Position numbers and translations under genes: made by a program
Shown: piece after piece, positions 1 to 10,207 of the stretch
Layout of the letters: each line of letters opens with the position of its first letter
How positions within the stretch are numbered: position 1 is the first letter of the stretch
Notes under the pieces: generated by a model
What the model saw: the letters and a program-made list of their open reading frames with translations, nothing else
Told to the model about the DNA's origin: nothing
Database searches by the model: none
Source of the DNA: Candidatus Bathyarchaeota archaeon
GTDB lineage: Archaea; Thermoproteota; Bathyarchaeia; Bathyarchaeales; Bathycorpusculaceae
Assembly (NCBI GenBank): GCA_963832745.1
Contig: CAWHVC010000001.1
Coordinates: 672,001 to 736,000, forward strand
DNA length: 64,000 nt
Reading direction: 5' to 3'

Positions 1-165
1 TATTGCTTCTCCAGAGCGTTTCTACATGCCTGTGAAACGTTCAAACCCATCTCAAAAGACATGTTTACCAACTCAGGATTACAAATCTACTGCATTTATT
101 CGTATGGTCACATTGCAGAGCTCAGAGAAATTTTTAGTGACTCTAAAAAAAGGTCAGACTGTACA

Positions 166-1185
166 TTACTCTCGCACAACGCGTTCATTATTAGACGTGT
201 CTGCGCTACATGAATCTATGTCGTTAGGAGATGCCACAATTTCTGTGATATATAACCAAGAGTTGCGCCAACCTTTTGAGGATTTACTGAGGTACTCTTG
301 GGGGTATTGATAGATAACTCTACAATCAGGATGTTCTATTGCAAAAAAGCAACTACCCAATGACATGGGTTTTGTCCCGAGCGGTGCAATTGAGAAATTA
401 TATTTCTCGTTATATTCATAATATATGTCTTCTAAAACATCTCTTGTCTCGAAGGGGTCTATTGCTGGAGCATAAGTCAAATTCTTAAAAATTTCTTCAT
501 CAATCAATAATTCCTTGTTGTTCAAAATACTCATGTCTTTGAAAATCGGTTGATACGCTGGGAATCCGTTAATAGGGATTGTTAGATCAGGGTTAATTTC
601 ATTGTTAATAGCTACGGACCTACTTCCTTCAAAACCAATGAGTATAGCTAAGGCATCTTTTTTACGAGGAGTTCGCTTGCCTGAGTAACTGGGCAGGTCT
701 TTTGTATCTACTGTACCTTTGGTAAGGTTACTATATGTTTCAGGCTCTGTATAAATGAATCCAAGTCTATTTGTAGTAACGGTTGATAAGTGCTTAATTA
801 GTAGGAAAAAATAAGGTTTTACCATAACCGAAAAGTCAACAACAATGTTTTTGTGGTCAAATTTTTCATAATTAGCAACAAGATACCGTTTGAACTCTAA
901 TAAACCACTTATTTCATTGTACAGATCGACTTTAAGCTTTAAGTCCGAGGGCTTAATTTTAAACGATTCATCGAATTCGTCCTCACTTGGTGTTTTACCC
1001 GATGCTAAAACTTCGTTAAAATAGAACAAAATTTTGGTTGTAGGACGAATGCCACATTCTTCCAGAATTTTCAATCCCCGAATGTATCGCTCTTCACCGC
1101 TAATTGCGCCGATAAAAACATCGACCGTTTCGAAGTATGAACTTAACTTATTTGCAGAATCGTAAACACCATTTATATGAACCAT
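166..1185 (-). CDS. Hypothetical protein with two CARF-like Rossmann domains (partner of PRTase/STAND ATPase)
   Basis: 339 aa ORF starting 1 nt after the ATPase stop; repeated motifs ISGEER...IVVDFSVMVKP...FIYTEP and LIGFEGSR...IAPLGTKP...VIYQYP. Confidence 0.6.
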   Translation of the reverse strand: MVHINGVYDSANKLSSYFETVDVFIGAISGEERYIRGLKILEECGIRPTTKILFYFNEVLASGKTPSEDEFDESFKIKPSDLKLKVDLYNEISGLLEFKRYLVANYEKFDHKNIVVDFSVMVKPYFFLLIKHLSTVTTNRLGFIYTEPETYSNLTKGTVDTKDLPSYSGKRTPRKKDALAILIGFEGSRSVAINNEINPDLTIPINGFPAYQPIFKDMSILNNKELLIDEEIFKNLTYAPAIDPFETRDVLEDIYYEYNEKYNFSIAPLGTKPMSLGSCFFAIEHPDCRVIYQYPQEYLSKSSKGWRNSWLYITEIVASPNDIDSCSADTSNNERVVRE

Positions 1186-1186
1186 T

Positions 1187-3226
1187 TTATTCCCCTACGA
1201 AATCCATTATCGAGGCATTTAAGCTCAAGTTTATTCGACTTTCTCGGCTCAGTCTATTTCGTGTAACCTCTTTTTCCCTCTCGGTTCCAAAAATTAACGT
1301 TTCAAGATCTTCCTTGCTGAATTGACGAATCCTTCCTCTTAATCTATAAGAAATACTGAAATAAGGTGCCAAAATATGGTTTAGGACATAAACATTGATC
1401 AAGGGGTCGGTTGTTGCTTTTCCTTTCATTGCCTTTTTCGGTTGGAGAACTGACCATTGAACTGCACAATTCAGAACTTTTCTAGCCTTTTCTGATAACG
1501 CCTCATTGTCAACGCAGAAATATGTAACTTCAGGTTCAGAAAGAACAGGGTCATTTTGCCATGAGTAAAATATTGCACCAAGCTGTTTAACAAGCGATTT
1601 TATCTCGTTTCCCCATTCTGGTATCCGTTCTATCATATCCATGTATCTTTCAGCACGAATAGTTGCACCATCCGTTTGAGCTTCAAACGACATCTTTCCA
1701 TCTTTTATTAATGAGGTTCGATCCGAGAATAGCGCAATATTAAAACTCTGATAGCATAGTTCAAGAAAATTACGAATGATTCCAGATGATAGCATGCAAT
1801 AAACGTTGAAACCGGCGTATTGCTTTTGGGTGGGTTTATTTAAACTGACTAATTGAAAAAGCAATGATAACTTGTTTTTGTCGTAAAGATTGGCATACTT
1901 TTTAAATTCCAAAGATTCCCTTTTCCCGCTAATATAAGAGGCGAACATTTTAGCGATAACTTCTGGCTCATAATTCCTACGCAGCAATAACAGGTTTAGC
2001 ATTTCCAACAGTGGTTTTTTGTCTATTAGACTATTGAATATGGCGTCTAAGGATTCGTCAAGACGATGTTTTTTATTTAAAACTTTTCCAATTTCAACGA
2101 CATGTTTTGTTTTAAGATATTGATCTAATGGATATTGATCAATTTCATTTTGAGTTAACTTTTTGTTAAATACAATTATTGTCGCTTCATCCTCTACAGG
2201 AAACTCGCCAAGAATACTTTCAATATCAGTAAACCCTTTTTCCTGCAATTCTGGAATATGTTCCAAGCGTCGCTTAGCAATCATCTTCAACAAATTTCTA
2301 TACTCTTCATTATGGGACATTAGCACATCTTCAAATCTTATCCGCCTATAATCGGCGTCTTCCATCAAAAATTCGCCCACGTTCAAGGTATCACATGTTT
2401 TAAAACCCTTTAATCTCGTGCCTATTCTAAAGGTAACAAAATTTTTGGTATGCTTGAATAATGTATTAATAATTTTCTGCTGTTGGTACTGCAAATTTTC
2501 ATACTCATCTAGTAATAATATTATTCTTTTTCCATGAAATTCGGGAAGATTTTCTTGCAAAATTTCAGGAATACCAAAAATTAGCTTCCCTGAACGGATG
2601 GGGTGCCCAGAGAAAGTTGTTTCCGTAGAAAGTGCAGCACAGTTAATAAAATCAAAGATTCTTTCAAGCTCTCGTTGGAAAAAGTCAATAGCAAAATCTA
2701 ATGAAGGCTCTTCTTGGATGATAATAGATTCATCCACTAACTTTAGAATTTCAGTGAGTATTTTTATTTCTTTACTTTTCTCGATATCGATGCACTGATT
2801 TTCCTTAAGATTCTGCCACAACATAATCATTTTTTGCCCGATAGTCAATTCAAAATAATGTTTGAATAATGTCTCCCAACCTTCGGGACTTGTATGTCTT
2901 GAATCAAAACTTGCCAGACTAGGCCCATCAAATCTATGGTAAATACCAACGTAAAGGGTTTGATTTAGAAATCCTTTGCCATCACTATTTTCACTGACAT
3001 ACTCTTTAATTTTAATCTCATTTGACATCCATTTTAGAAGCATTGTTTTGCCTGTACCTCGACCGCCCTCAAAGATTACGGGAGTATCTCCGGTGAGGTC
3101 TATACCCATCGCTTGTACACCAAATACAATTTCAGGTTGTATCCAGTACTTCAAAACATCGTCATCACCCATCAAACTCGCGTTGAATGCAGCGAAGGGA
3201 TTTCTTAGGTTAAGTTCTTCTTTCAT
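1187..3226 (-). CDS. ORC/CDC6-like STAND-class P-loop ATPase
   Basis: 679 aa; N-terminal NPF, Walker A GGRGTGKT, Walker B LLLDEYEN, C-terminal SSGIIRNFLELC and LAPYFSISYRLR motifs. Confidence 0.8.
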   Translation of the reverse strand: MKEELNLRNPFAAFNASLMGDDDVLKYWIQPEIVFGVQAMGIDLTGDTPVIFEGGRGTGKTMLLKWMSNEIKIKEYVSENSDGKGFLNQTLYVGIYHRFDGPSLASFDSRHTSPEGWETLFKHYFELTIGQKMIMLWQNLKENQCIDIEKSKEIKILTEILKLVDESIIIQEEPSLDFAIDFFQRELERIFDFINCAALSTETTFSGHPIRSGKLIFGIPEILQENLPEFHGKRIILLLDEYENLQYQQQKIINTLFKHTKNFVTFRIGTRLKGFKTCDTLNVGEFLMEDADYRRIRFEDVLMSHNEEYRNLLKMIAKRRLEHIPELQEKGFTDIESILGEFPVEDEATIIVFNKKLTQNEIDQYPLDQYLKTKHVVEIGKVLNKKHRLDESLDAIFNSLIDKKPLLEMLNLLLLRRNYEPEVIAKMFASYISGKRESLEFKKYANLYDKNKLSLLFQLVSLNKPTQKQYAGFNVYCMLSSGIIRNFLELCYQSFNIALFSDRTSLIKDGKMSFEAQTDGATIRAERYMDMIERIPEWGNEIKSLVKQLGAIFYSWQNDPVLSEPEVTYFCVDNEALSEKARKVLNCAVQWSVLQPKKAMKGKATTDPLINVYVLNHILAPYFSISYRLRGRIRQFSKEDLETLIFGTEREKEVTRNRLSRESRINLSLNASIMDFVGE

Positions 3227-3240
3227 GGTTTATTCATCTT

Positions 3241-4140
3241 TCAGAATTTGTGCTTTCTTTTGAAAAGGGGATACCACTTCTCACCAGAGGTTTGTCTTTC
3301 ACCCCAAATCACTGGTAGGGTATTATCAGGTATGTTGTGGTGAAAACCAACAAGCGCTTGTGAGTCTTTATAGCCCAACGCATCTTCACCCTTAAAGATA
3401 TTGTTTCCATAATAACCACAAATTGATTTTGCAGAATTGCGCTCAGTAGGGTCCTGGAATACCCATGATGTGGAATCAAATACACGGTAGCTATTGTCCA
3501 GTACTTGAGGGCAAATGACGTCAAGCCCCGTATGGTTTTTAACTTTTTCAATTGCTTTCTGTAGTGCTATGAGCGCAATAAAATGAAATTTCGTCTGAGG
3601 ACATCGATTTTTAATTGCTAGCACTTTTTTGTCCCAAAAGTCGCATGTAGTTTTACCCGTTCCCAAAAAATCGTCGATAAAAACGATATTTAGAGTGGCT
3701 AATTCGTTTGGTGAATACTCGTTTGTCAGAAACGCGTTTGGTTCTACGAATTGCATGTATGACAGTCTGTTTTCTTGTCTAAAATTATACGTTAGCATAG
3801 CGCCACTTTCGCTTAAACGACCTATGCATGAAAACCGACAACTACTCGCAAATTGAGTTATTGCGCGCTCTGTATTTAACGAGGCGTATTGAGAAGGATT
3901 ATCGATAATCCTTTGGCGCTTAAGGAGAGAAAAAGCCGCTCTGCAAAGGTAGTTTATTTCCTTTTCACCATAGTAAATGAAATTTCTGAGTAATTGTATG
4001 GCAGTCTGTTTTTCAATCGCTGACTCACAATGTTGACCTTTGAAATTTTCCATCCATGCGTCAAATATAGCATTGGTCAACCTCTTTTCCCATAGGTAAT
4101 TGTTTTTATCAACGATTTCCATAAGCAATTTTTCGGGCAT
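3241..4140 (-). CDS. Phosphoribosyltransferase-like protein (conflict-system PRTase)
   Basis: PRPP-binding loop IVFIDDFLGTGKT, SESG motif, C-terminal GY...FHHNIPDNTLPVIW...WYPLFKR; likely ATG at 4140, 1 nt after the methylase stop. Confidence 0.8.
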   Translation of the reverse strand: MPEKLLMEIVDKNNYLWEKRLTNAIFDAWMENFKGQHCESAIEKQTAIQLLRNFIYYGEKEINYLCRAAFSLLKRQRIIDNPSQYASLNTERAITQFASSCRFSCIGRLSESGAMLTYNFRQENRLSYMQFVEPNAFLTNEYSPNELATLNIVFIDDFLGTGKTTCDFWDKKVLAIKNRCPQTKFHFIALIALQKAIEKVKNHTGLDVICPQVLDNSYRVFDSTSWVFQDPTERNSAKSICGYYGNNIFKGEDALGYKDSQALVGFHHNIPDNTLPVIWGERQTSGEKWYPLFKRKHKF

Positions 4141-4141
4141 T

Positions 4142-5235
4142 TCAAGATTCCCCCAAAGCAGTCTGCAATTGCATTCCAATCGCTTTTGCCATAATCGGCG
4201 GGACAGCGTTCGCAATTTGTTGTTGTTGTGCTCCCAAGTTTCCGTAGAAAATGTAATCGTCTGGAAAAGATTGTAACCTTGCGGCTTCTCTGACGGACAA
4301 CCCTCTGTGCTCTTCTGGATGAATTAGCATGTTCTTACGGAAATTACTTATTACTATCGAAGGCTCGTCCCATTTTAGTCTGTAGTAAATCCATCCATGA
4401 CAATTTTCAAGATTCTTGTAATTACTCATCATGGATTTTGGGAGACTTCGCCAATTGCCTCCTTGCGGTATCAACTTATACCTTGTTATGGCTAGTTCTC
4501 TATTTTTTGAAACTTTATTATTTGTGACAGAAGATACAGAATTTTTTTGTCTCATTAATTTTTGGTAATCTGAAAGATTAGTAGTCTTTTTATAAGCGAG
4601 AACTTCAGTCGGGTTCCCATTCTCCAATGACGGCAAATCGTCTATTGCCTGCCTAACTGTCACTAAGGGTTTCCCTAATGAATCAATTAGAGAAAAATAG
4701 CCACCCTTTGCGCCTACGAATATCACGCGCTTTCTTCTTTGAGGAACGCCAAAATTCTCACTATTAATCAACCAGTAGTTTGTCTGATAACCAAGCTTTT
4801 TACTAATTTCTAAAATATCTTGTAATACCGATCCATTTGCTAAGGATTTATCCCCTCAACATTCTCAAAAATGAACATTTTTGGAGATAAGTCAGCGACG
4901 ATTCGAAAATAATGTTGATACAAGTGATTTAGAGGATTCTGGAGGTTTCTACTTTTTCTGTTGGATGTAGAAAAACCCCTACAAGGAGGACCGCCAGCAA
5001 CTAAAGAAATTTCGGAATGTCGTAAACCGCCAATCTTGAGAATTTCTGTTGAATCCACTTTTGTTATGTCGGATTCTATTACGTGCATTTTTTCATGATT
5101 CATTCCAAGCGTTGTAGCCGCTTCATGATCAATCTCAACGCCAACTCTTAGGTCAAAACCTGCTTCTGACAAGCCATGTGATAACCCCCCAGCACCAGCA
5201 AATAAATCTACAGCTATAGGTTGCGAGTTAGCCAT
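4142..5235 (-). CDS. dcm: C5 DNA cytosine methyltransferase, split by one frameshift near 4848
   Basis: Motif I DLFAGAGG, IV GGPPC, VI ENV in 4840-5235; VIII PQRRKR, IX SVREAARLQSFPD, X QIANAVPP in 4142-4771; adding one A to an AAA run gives ENVEGIKSLANG... Confidence 0.9.
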
Positions 5236-5324
5236 GGCATGATCCCGGATGAAACATCAATATACACGACAATCCTTTTATCGTTTTTTATGAGCATAAT
5301 AATCAAGATCATTAGGGTATTCTA

Positions 5325-5729
5325 ATGACCGACAAATTTAGTAAAGAGAAAAGAAGTCAAATAATGTCAAAAATAAGATCGAAAAATACAGACATTGAAA
5401 TTACCTTAAGAAATGGATTGGAAAAAAACTGCATAAAATTCGAATACCAGCCAAAGCTTTTCGGTAAACCGGATTTTCTTATACCCCCTAAAATAATTGT
5501 TTTTTGCGATAGCTCATTTTGGCATGGAAGAAACTGGCAGGAACTAGACAAAAAATTACCAAAAGGTTATTGGCATGAGCATATAAAACGTAACAAAGAA
5601 AGGGATGTATTAGTCAACAAGCAGCTTACTGATCAGAACTTCGTCGTTCTTAGGTTTTGGGATTTTCAGATTAAAAAGGAAACGGAGTCTTGCATTAACA
5701 AAATTAAAGACACCCTTAGCGCCCTCTAA
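5325..5729 (+). CDS. vsr: Very short patch repair endonuclease
   Basis: MTDKFSKEKRSQIMSKIRSKNT N-terminus, GKPDF, FCDSSFWHG, NKERD, LRFW motifs; divergent from dcm. Confidence 0.93.
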   Translation: MTDKFSKEKRSQIMSKIRSKNTDIEITLRNGLEKNCIKFEYQPKLFGKPDFLIPPKIIVFCDSSFWHGRNWQELDKKLPKGYWHEHIKRNKERDVLVNKQLTDQNFVVLRFWDFQIKKETESCINKIKDTLSAL

Positions 5730-5966
5730 AACTTGATGCAAGAATGTAAATGACCATTAAAGGGGGTTTAAAATCACCAGTTTATTGCGCTACTCATTTT
5801 AGTACATGTGGGTACGTTGAAATTCGATAGGCAAAAAAGCTGTATAGGGAAAATCTTCCAACCATAAAAAACATTTTTTTGAAGTCTGTTAGGAATCAGA
5901 TAGCGGGATTTTTCTAACCAGTTTAAATATTGGAAGCAAGCAAGTAAATTAAAAGAGGGGCTGGGT

Positions 5967-7148
5967 ATGGGATTTGATGAATACCAATTTTTACGATATT
6001 TTATTCCAGGCAGTCTTGCTGTTATTTATATTGCCTTTTTCTTGGCCCCTTTTATAGGTGATGGGGTAATCAATAATTTTAAAGCAAGTCCAGAGGGCTT
6101 ATTAGGAATAGTGGGGGCTGCTTTTGGAGCAAGTTTAGCTATTGGATATGTTATTTACACGTTCTATGATACGTGCAGTTATAATAAAGCTGCTATGGAT
6201 TCGACGAAGCGACGAATACTACACTATCTTGAAAAACAAAAACCAGATTGGAAAAAACTTTCAGAATTTGAAAAGAAGGCGACATTGGATATGCTTTATG
6301 ATGCTTTTGATGATAGTTCAGTAAGTAATAGGGTTGCTTCAAAAGCACGCGGTATGTGGTCTCATTTCAATGCAAGAAAAGTTTGTGCAATATATGTTCC
6401 ATCTTTTTCAATTGTGTTTTCTGTTATCATAATTTTGTTTGCACATCTTATTAAACCAAATATTTTTGACTTTTCTAACTTGTATCGTTTCCTTTTACTA
6501 ATTCCTATCTGTTTGATAGTAGGTGCTGTCTCATATGTTTTGTATTATGGTGCGAATCGTCCCTATAGCGAGGCTACCACATTAGAGTATTTGTATATGC
6601 GAAGAGTTCTATCGAAATATGATAATGAATTCAACACAATGGTTGTTAATCTTAAGAAAGAAACCGATAGTAAGAATAATAACCAAGTAGAGTCTAATGA
6701 CAAAAATATGAGCTTAACTAAAAATGAAGAAATCGCAACGTATAGAATCGATTGGGCTCATCAAAGACAATTAGTAATTGTTGCTTCTTTGCTGGGTCTT
6801 GGCTTAGCGGTAGTTGAGCTTTTGTCTAATGGGTATAATGTTTTTGATAATATTGTCCTTAGAATGCTTTACTATACATTGTCAGCGCTCTTTTCAATTG
6901 GGGTTTATTCATTTTTTAAATTTGAAAAAGAAATTTTAAATTGGCAGTTTAAGCTTAGCGATGAGTGGAAAATAAAATTCGAAGATACTACATTCAAATT
7001 TTTCTTTTCAAAGGAAGGCTCTGATGTTAATTTGAAAAAAATAACAGTATTTTTGCTCTGTATAATTTGTTTATTTATTCTTATTGCATTACCCTACGCT
7101 GGGTATTTTTGTAAAAATCATTTGAATAATTTTTTATGGTTCACCTAA
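5967..7148 (+). CDS. Polytopic membrane protein of unknown function
   Basis: 393 aa ORF with about 7 hydrophobic segments in two blocks. Confidence 0.7.
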   Translation: MGFDEYQFLRYFIPGSLAVIYIAFFLAPFIGDGVINNFKASPEGLLGIVGAAFGASLAIGYVIYTFYDTCSYNKAAMDSTKRRILHYLEKQKPDWKKLSEFEKKATLDMLYDAFDDSSVSNRVASKARGMWSHFNARKVCAIYVPSFSIVFSVIIILFAHLIKPNIFDFSNLYRFLLLIPICLIVGAVSYVLYYGANRPYSEATTLEYLYMRRVLSKYDNEFNTMVVNLKKETDSKNNNQVESNDKNMSLTKNEEIATYRIDWAHQRQLVIVASLLGLGLAVVELLSNGYNVFDNIVLRMLYYTLSALFSIGVYSFFKFEKEILNWQFKLSDEWKIKFEDTTFKFFFSKEGSDVNLKKITVFLLCIICLFILIALPYAGYFCKNHLNNFLWFT

Positions 7149-7149
7149 A

Positions 7150-7404
7150 CTAATTTTTCTCTGCTTGCGTTTCTCTTTCTTCTTTATCCCATTTTGCTTG
7201 GTCTTTTTCTGCTTGCTCAAAATCATCCTCAGTCAAATGCCTATGTGCATGAACCGAACAATTATAGGAATTAAGTTCTATACCATTGCATCTGAAAACT
7301 TCAATCAACTGCTTGTAAGTATAATGATGAACATGAAGTAGTAGGGTAAACGACTTGATTAAGCAGTCTGGGCTGGAACATATTTTGCAATTCTTCTGTT
7401 TCCT
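7150..7404 (-). pseudogene. Small CxxC...HxxxH zinc-binding/HTH-like protein with lost start codon
   Basis: Open frame RKQKNCKICSSPDCLIKS...SVHAHRHLTEDD...; GGAGGTGA RBS at ~7411-7418 is followed by TAG where a start is expected. Confidence 0.45.
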
Positions 7405-7476
7405 CTAGAATCACCTCCATTTTAGAAAAACACTTGAGGGAGCGGCGCTGGTAGAGAACCGTCTGTTTCCAACCGG

Positions 7477-8830
7477 TCATTTGAGAGGTTGGGGGACAGA
7501 CTGGGGCTCTACCAAAGCTGCTCCTAATCCTAACTGTTCTATTGGAATGATTATGTCTGAAGATGTTTCAGTGATGGGTTGGTTTTCTTTGTTTTTAGAC
7601 TCAGCTTTTACTTCATCGTATGTTTTGCGCAGGGTTATAATTTGGGGTTTACTTCCTGCGATTGTTATCATTTCGCAGTCTCTTGCGGTCGTCAGGATAT
7701 CGGTCAACTGTTTTGATGTCAAATGCATTCTTGTGATTAGCACTTGACGTTCTATTTGTTTCTCTGAACATCCATCTAATATTCTGCTGAGCTTTGCTAA
7801 GTTTATGCTAAGCCAGTCTGAAGTTTGCATCTTAGCATACTTAGCACTTAGCATACTAAGCAGATTATTCATGAATTCCCTTGATTTGATTGCAGATTCT
7901 TTTGATATTTCGATTGTATTCTTATCTCTAAGTTTGCTAAGTTGCAAAGTATCCGCTTCATAAAGTGCAGCTATTTTGACTAAATAGGTATCAGCTCGAC
8001 CATTGATTGCTCCAATAAATTCCTTCTCTTCTTCTGCACTATCTCTAAACGCTTTATGATGTTTGATTATTTCTTGATTGATTATTTCTTCAGCGTCTTT
8101 GCTTAGGTTAAATCTGAATGTGTTACTTCCACTTCTTGGATGAAAAATGTCCCAGATACCTTCAGATTGTTCTTTGCCAATTCACCTTTTGCTTTAACTT
8201 CGGTTCTTTGTTGACCATTCAACAGTTGTATTTTTTCACATTCGTCCCGAAGATTATTATAAATCTTGCAAGGAACCCAGAAGAAACTGGTCTTGCTTAA
8301 CATACTTAGCAAAGTTAACTTTCGTTGTTGCCCACAGCATGTTAAAGCAAGGTTCTGTTACCGTGAATTTTCCGCTTCTAAGGTCTTTAGTTCTGCCTTG
8401 ACCATTGTATAGTGCCATAACGGTGTCATCGATTCCACTGAGGTAGCTTCTTGGATTATCAATTTGTTTCAGTACTGGCGCGCATTCATCCCAAATATTG
8501 AGACCATTACTATTTTGTGACAACTCCGCAAAGAAGGCTTCTTTAGTAAATTCGTCTGCATACACGTTAGCTTCTTCCGGAAGCATTGCTCTTGCTTCAT
8601 CGAGTAATGTGCTTTTTCGGCTGTATGTACTATAACTCTACAAGCATAGTCCACAAATTTGGTAACAGATTAGCGAAGTTGGTGTCAATAAATACTCTAC
8701 CAACAGCTAAGCTTACAAGATTGAGAGCAACTGCTTCTTGAAAGAGCGCATAGACATCACTTTTAGTAGTGATATAGTCTTTGAACGCGTCAATAAAACT
8801 GTGACTTGGATTTTCAGTTGTTGTCGTCAA
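7477..8830 (-). pseudogene. DUF3987/YfjI-like (MCM-related) ATPase/helicase of integrated element, multiply frameshifted
   Basis: Fragments join into PNLWTMLV..STYSRKST (Walker A-like), NIWDEC (Walker B-like), GFLARF (Arg finger), GRADTYLVKIAAL, and a C-terminal wHTH-like region. Confidence 0.65.
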
Positions 8831-9011
8831 AGTTCTTCACTTCTCTCTTCACAGTTAATTTAACGCCGTTAGGCGCTCTTTGAACAAAGATCATTTTACA
8901 ATTCTCGTTAAGGAACTGCTCGATTTTGTGCCATGATTTTTTTGCTTCAACATTTAGCACAATTGCAACATTGAAGATTTGATTAGTTTCATTCTTCATT
9001 TGTTTATCCAC
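8814..9011 (-). CDS. Small hypothetical protein
   Basis: 65 aa ORF overlapping the DUF3987-like start; AGGTGG RBS-like sequence at its 5' end. Confidence 0.5.
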   Translation of the reverse strand: MDKQMKNETNQIFNVAIVLNVEAKKSWHKIEQFLNENCKMIFVQRAPNGVKLTVKREVKNFDDNN

Positions 9012-9292
9012 CTGTTCTCTTAAGAAAGAGGGTTTGAGTGCTCGGTTAGGAGCGCTCTACCAAAACAGTGTTTAATTCAAACAGTTTCATTAGACCCCAT
9101 TCTTATTCTCAGACCTTCCATTCTTCGTAACTTTTTTCATATCCCGATAATATTACTACCCCACCGCTTTTTTTCAAGTAGTATAGGCACTACATTTTTT
9201 GATTTCTGTTCTTATCAGATATACACTTACTTTATCGTTTTTTATTTCCGAATTTTTTTGACTTTTTTTCATTTTTTCCTTCCGAGGAGGAA

Positions 9293-9913
9293 TCATTTGA
9301 TGACTTCTTCCTCAAGGATATTAGTGACATTTGATGGAGAAGTGTCACTTTTTGAAAACGGCATACTACCCAACCTACTCATTGAGGCTTTTTTTAGTGC
9401 TTTTTTGCTAATAAGAAGAGTAAGCAATTCTGGTTCTTCAATTTCATTGAGTGCTTTTGAAATTATCTTGTATTCTTTTAAATTGAAAGCGGGAGCGCCA
9501 ATGAGTTTATAGAGATTTGAGCGTGAATAGCCATTCAAACCACTTGCCTTAAGGAAGTTAGCGAGTTTTGTTCTGTTAAATCCAAAATATCTATCAAGCT
9601 CTAGAAGCAAATTTTGCCTAAGATTTATTTTGTCAAACCTATTCAGTATTTCAATTTCATGACTGGACAGCTTTCTCTCTTCAAAAGAGCATAATCTATG
9701 GCTTTCAGTTTTTACGATTTTATATTTCTCAAATTTTATCGCTCTATGTTTTAGGTTTATTCTTTTGTCTAACATTTTTTCAAATCTTGTTTTGGTATAT
9801 CCGTACCAAAACGAGCCGGGAGCGGTTTCTGCGCAGTCAAACCTAATGTAGTCTGACTGCCTAAAACATAGAGAAACCTCGAACGTACAAGCTAATGTCA
9901 TACGCCCCGGCAA
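9293..9913 (-). CDS. Hypothetical basic protein, possible HTH
   Basis: 206 aa ORF co-oriented with the element genes; NRTKLANFLKASGLNGYSRSNLYKL resembles an HTH. Confidence 0.45.
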   Translation of the reverse strand: MPGRMTLACTFEVSLCFRQSDYIRFDCAETAPGSFWYGYTKTRFEKMLDKRINLKHRAIKFEKYKIVKTESHRLCSFEERKLSSHEIEILNRFDKINLRQNLLLELDRYFGFNRTKLANFLKASGLNGYSRSNLYKLIGAPAFNLKEYKIISKALNEIEEPELLTLLISKKALKKASMSRLGSMPFSKSDTSPSNVTNILEEEVIK

Positions 9914-10207
9914 ACGTTGTTACCTGACACTACTATATCAAAGGCAATTTTGTTATTGCACGCAGTATTTCGTTCCATGTCTCGCTTGTGAGAACGGAGT
10001 AAGTTCTTGCCTCAGCGTTTGCTATAAAAGTTTTGCTTTCCCGAAAATATGGACTTTTCATGAGTAAATTAAATCAAAAAAAGATTGAGCAGTTTCTTCG
10101 GTAATTTATTTCTGCTTTGCGTCAACATGGTGATACTTTGTAGAAAAAGATAATCTAAAAGATGAAAACGATAAATTTAAACGTGAAAATGTCGAAATAA
10201 AACAAGC

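Noticed and set aside
1187-3226. ATPase as the replication initiator Orc1/Cdc6
   Set aside because: Much longer than Orc1/Cdc6, embedded in a methylase/PRTase operon, and no ORB-containing origin adjacent
9035-9065. Minus-strand TGGTAGAGCGCTCC resembling a tRNA D-arm (possible att site)
   Set aside because: No T-arm (GTTCRA) or acceptor stem nearby; only a short local hairpin
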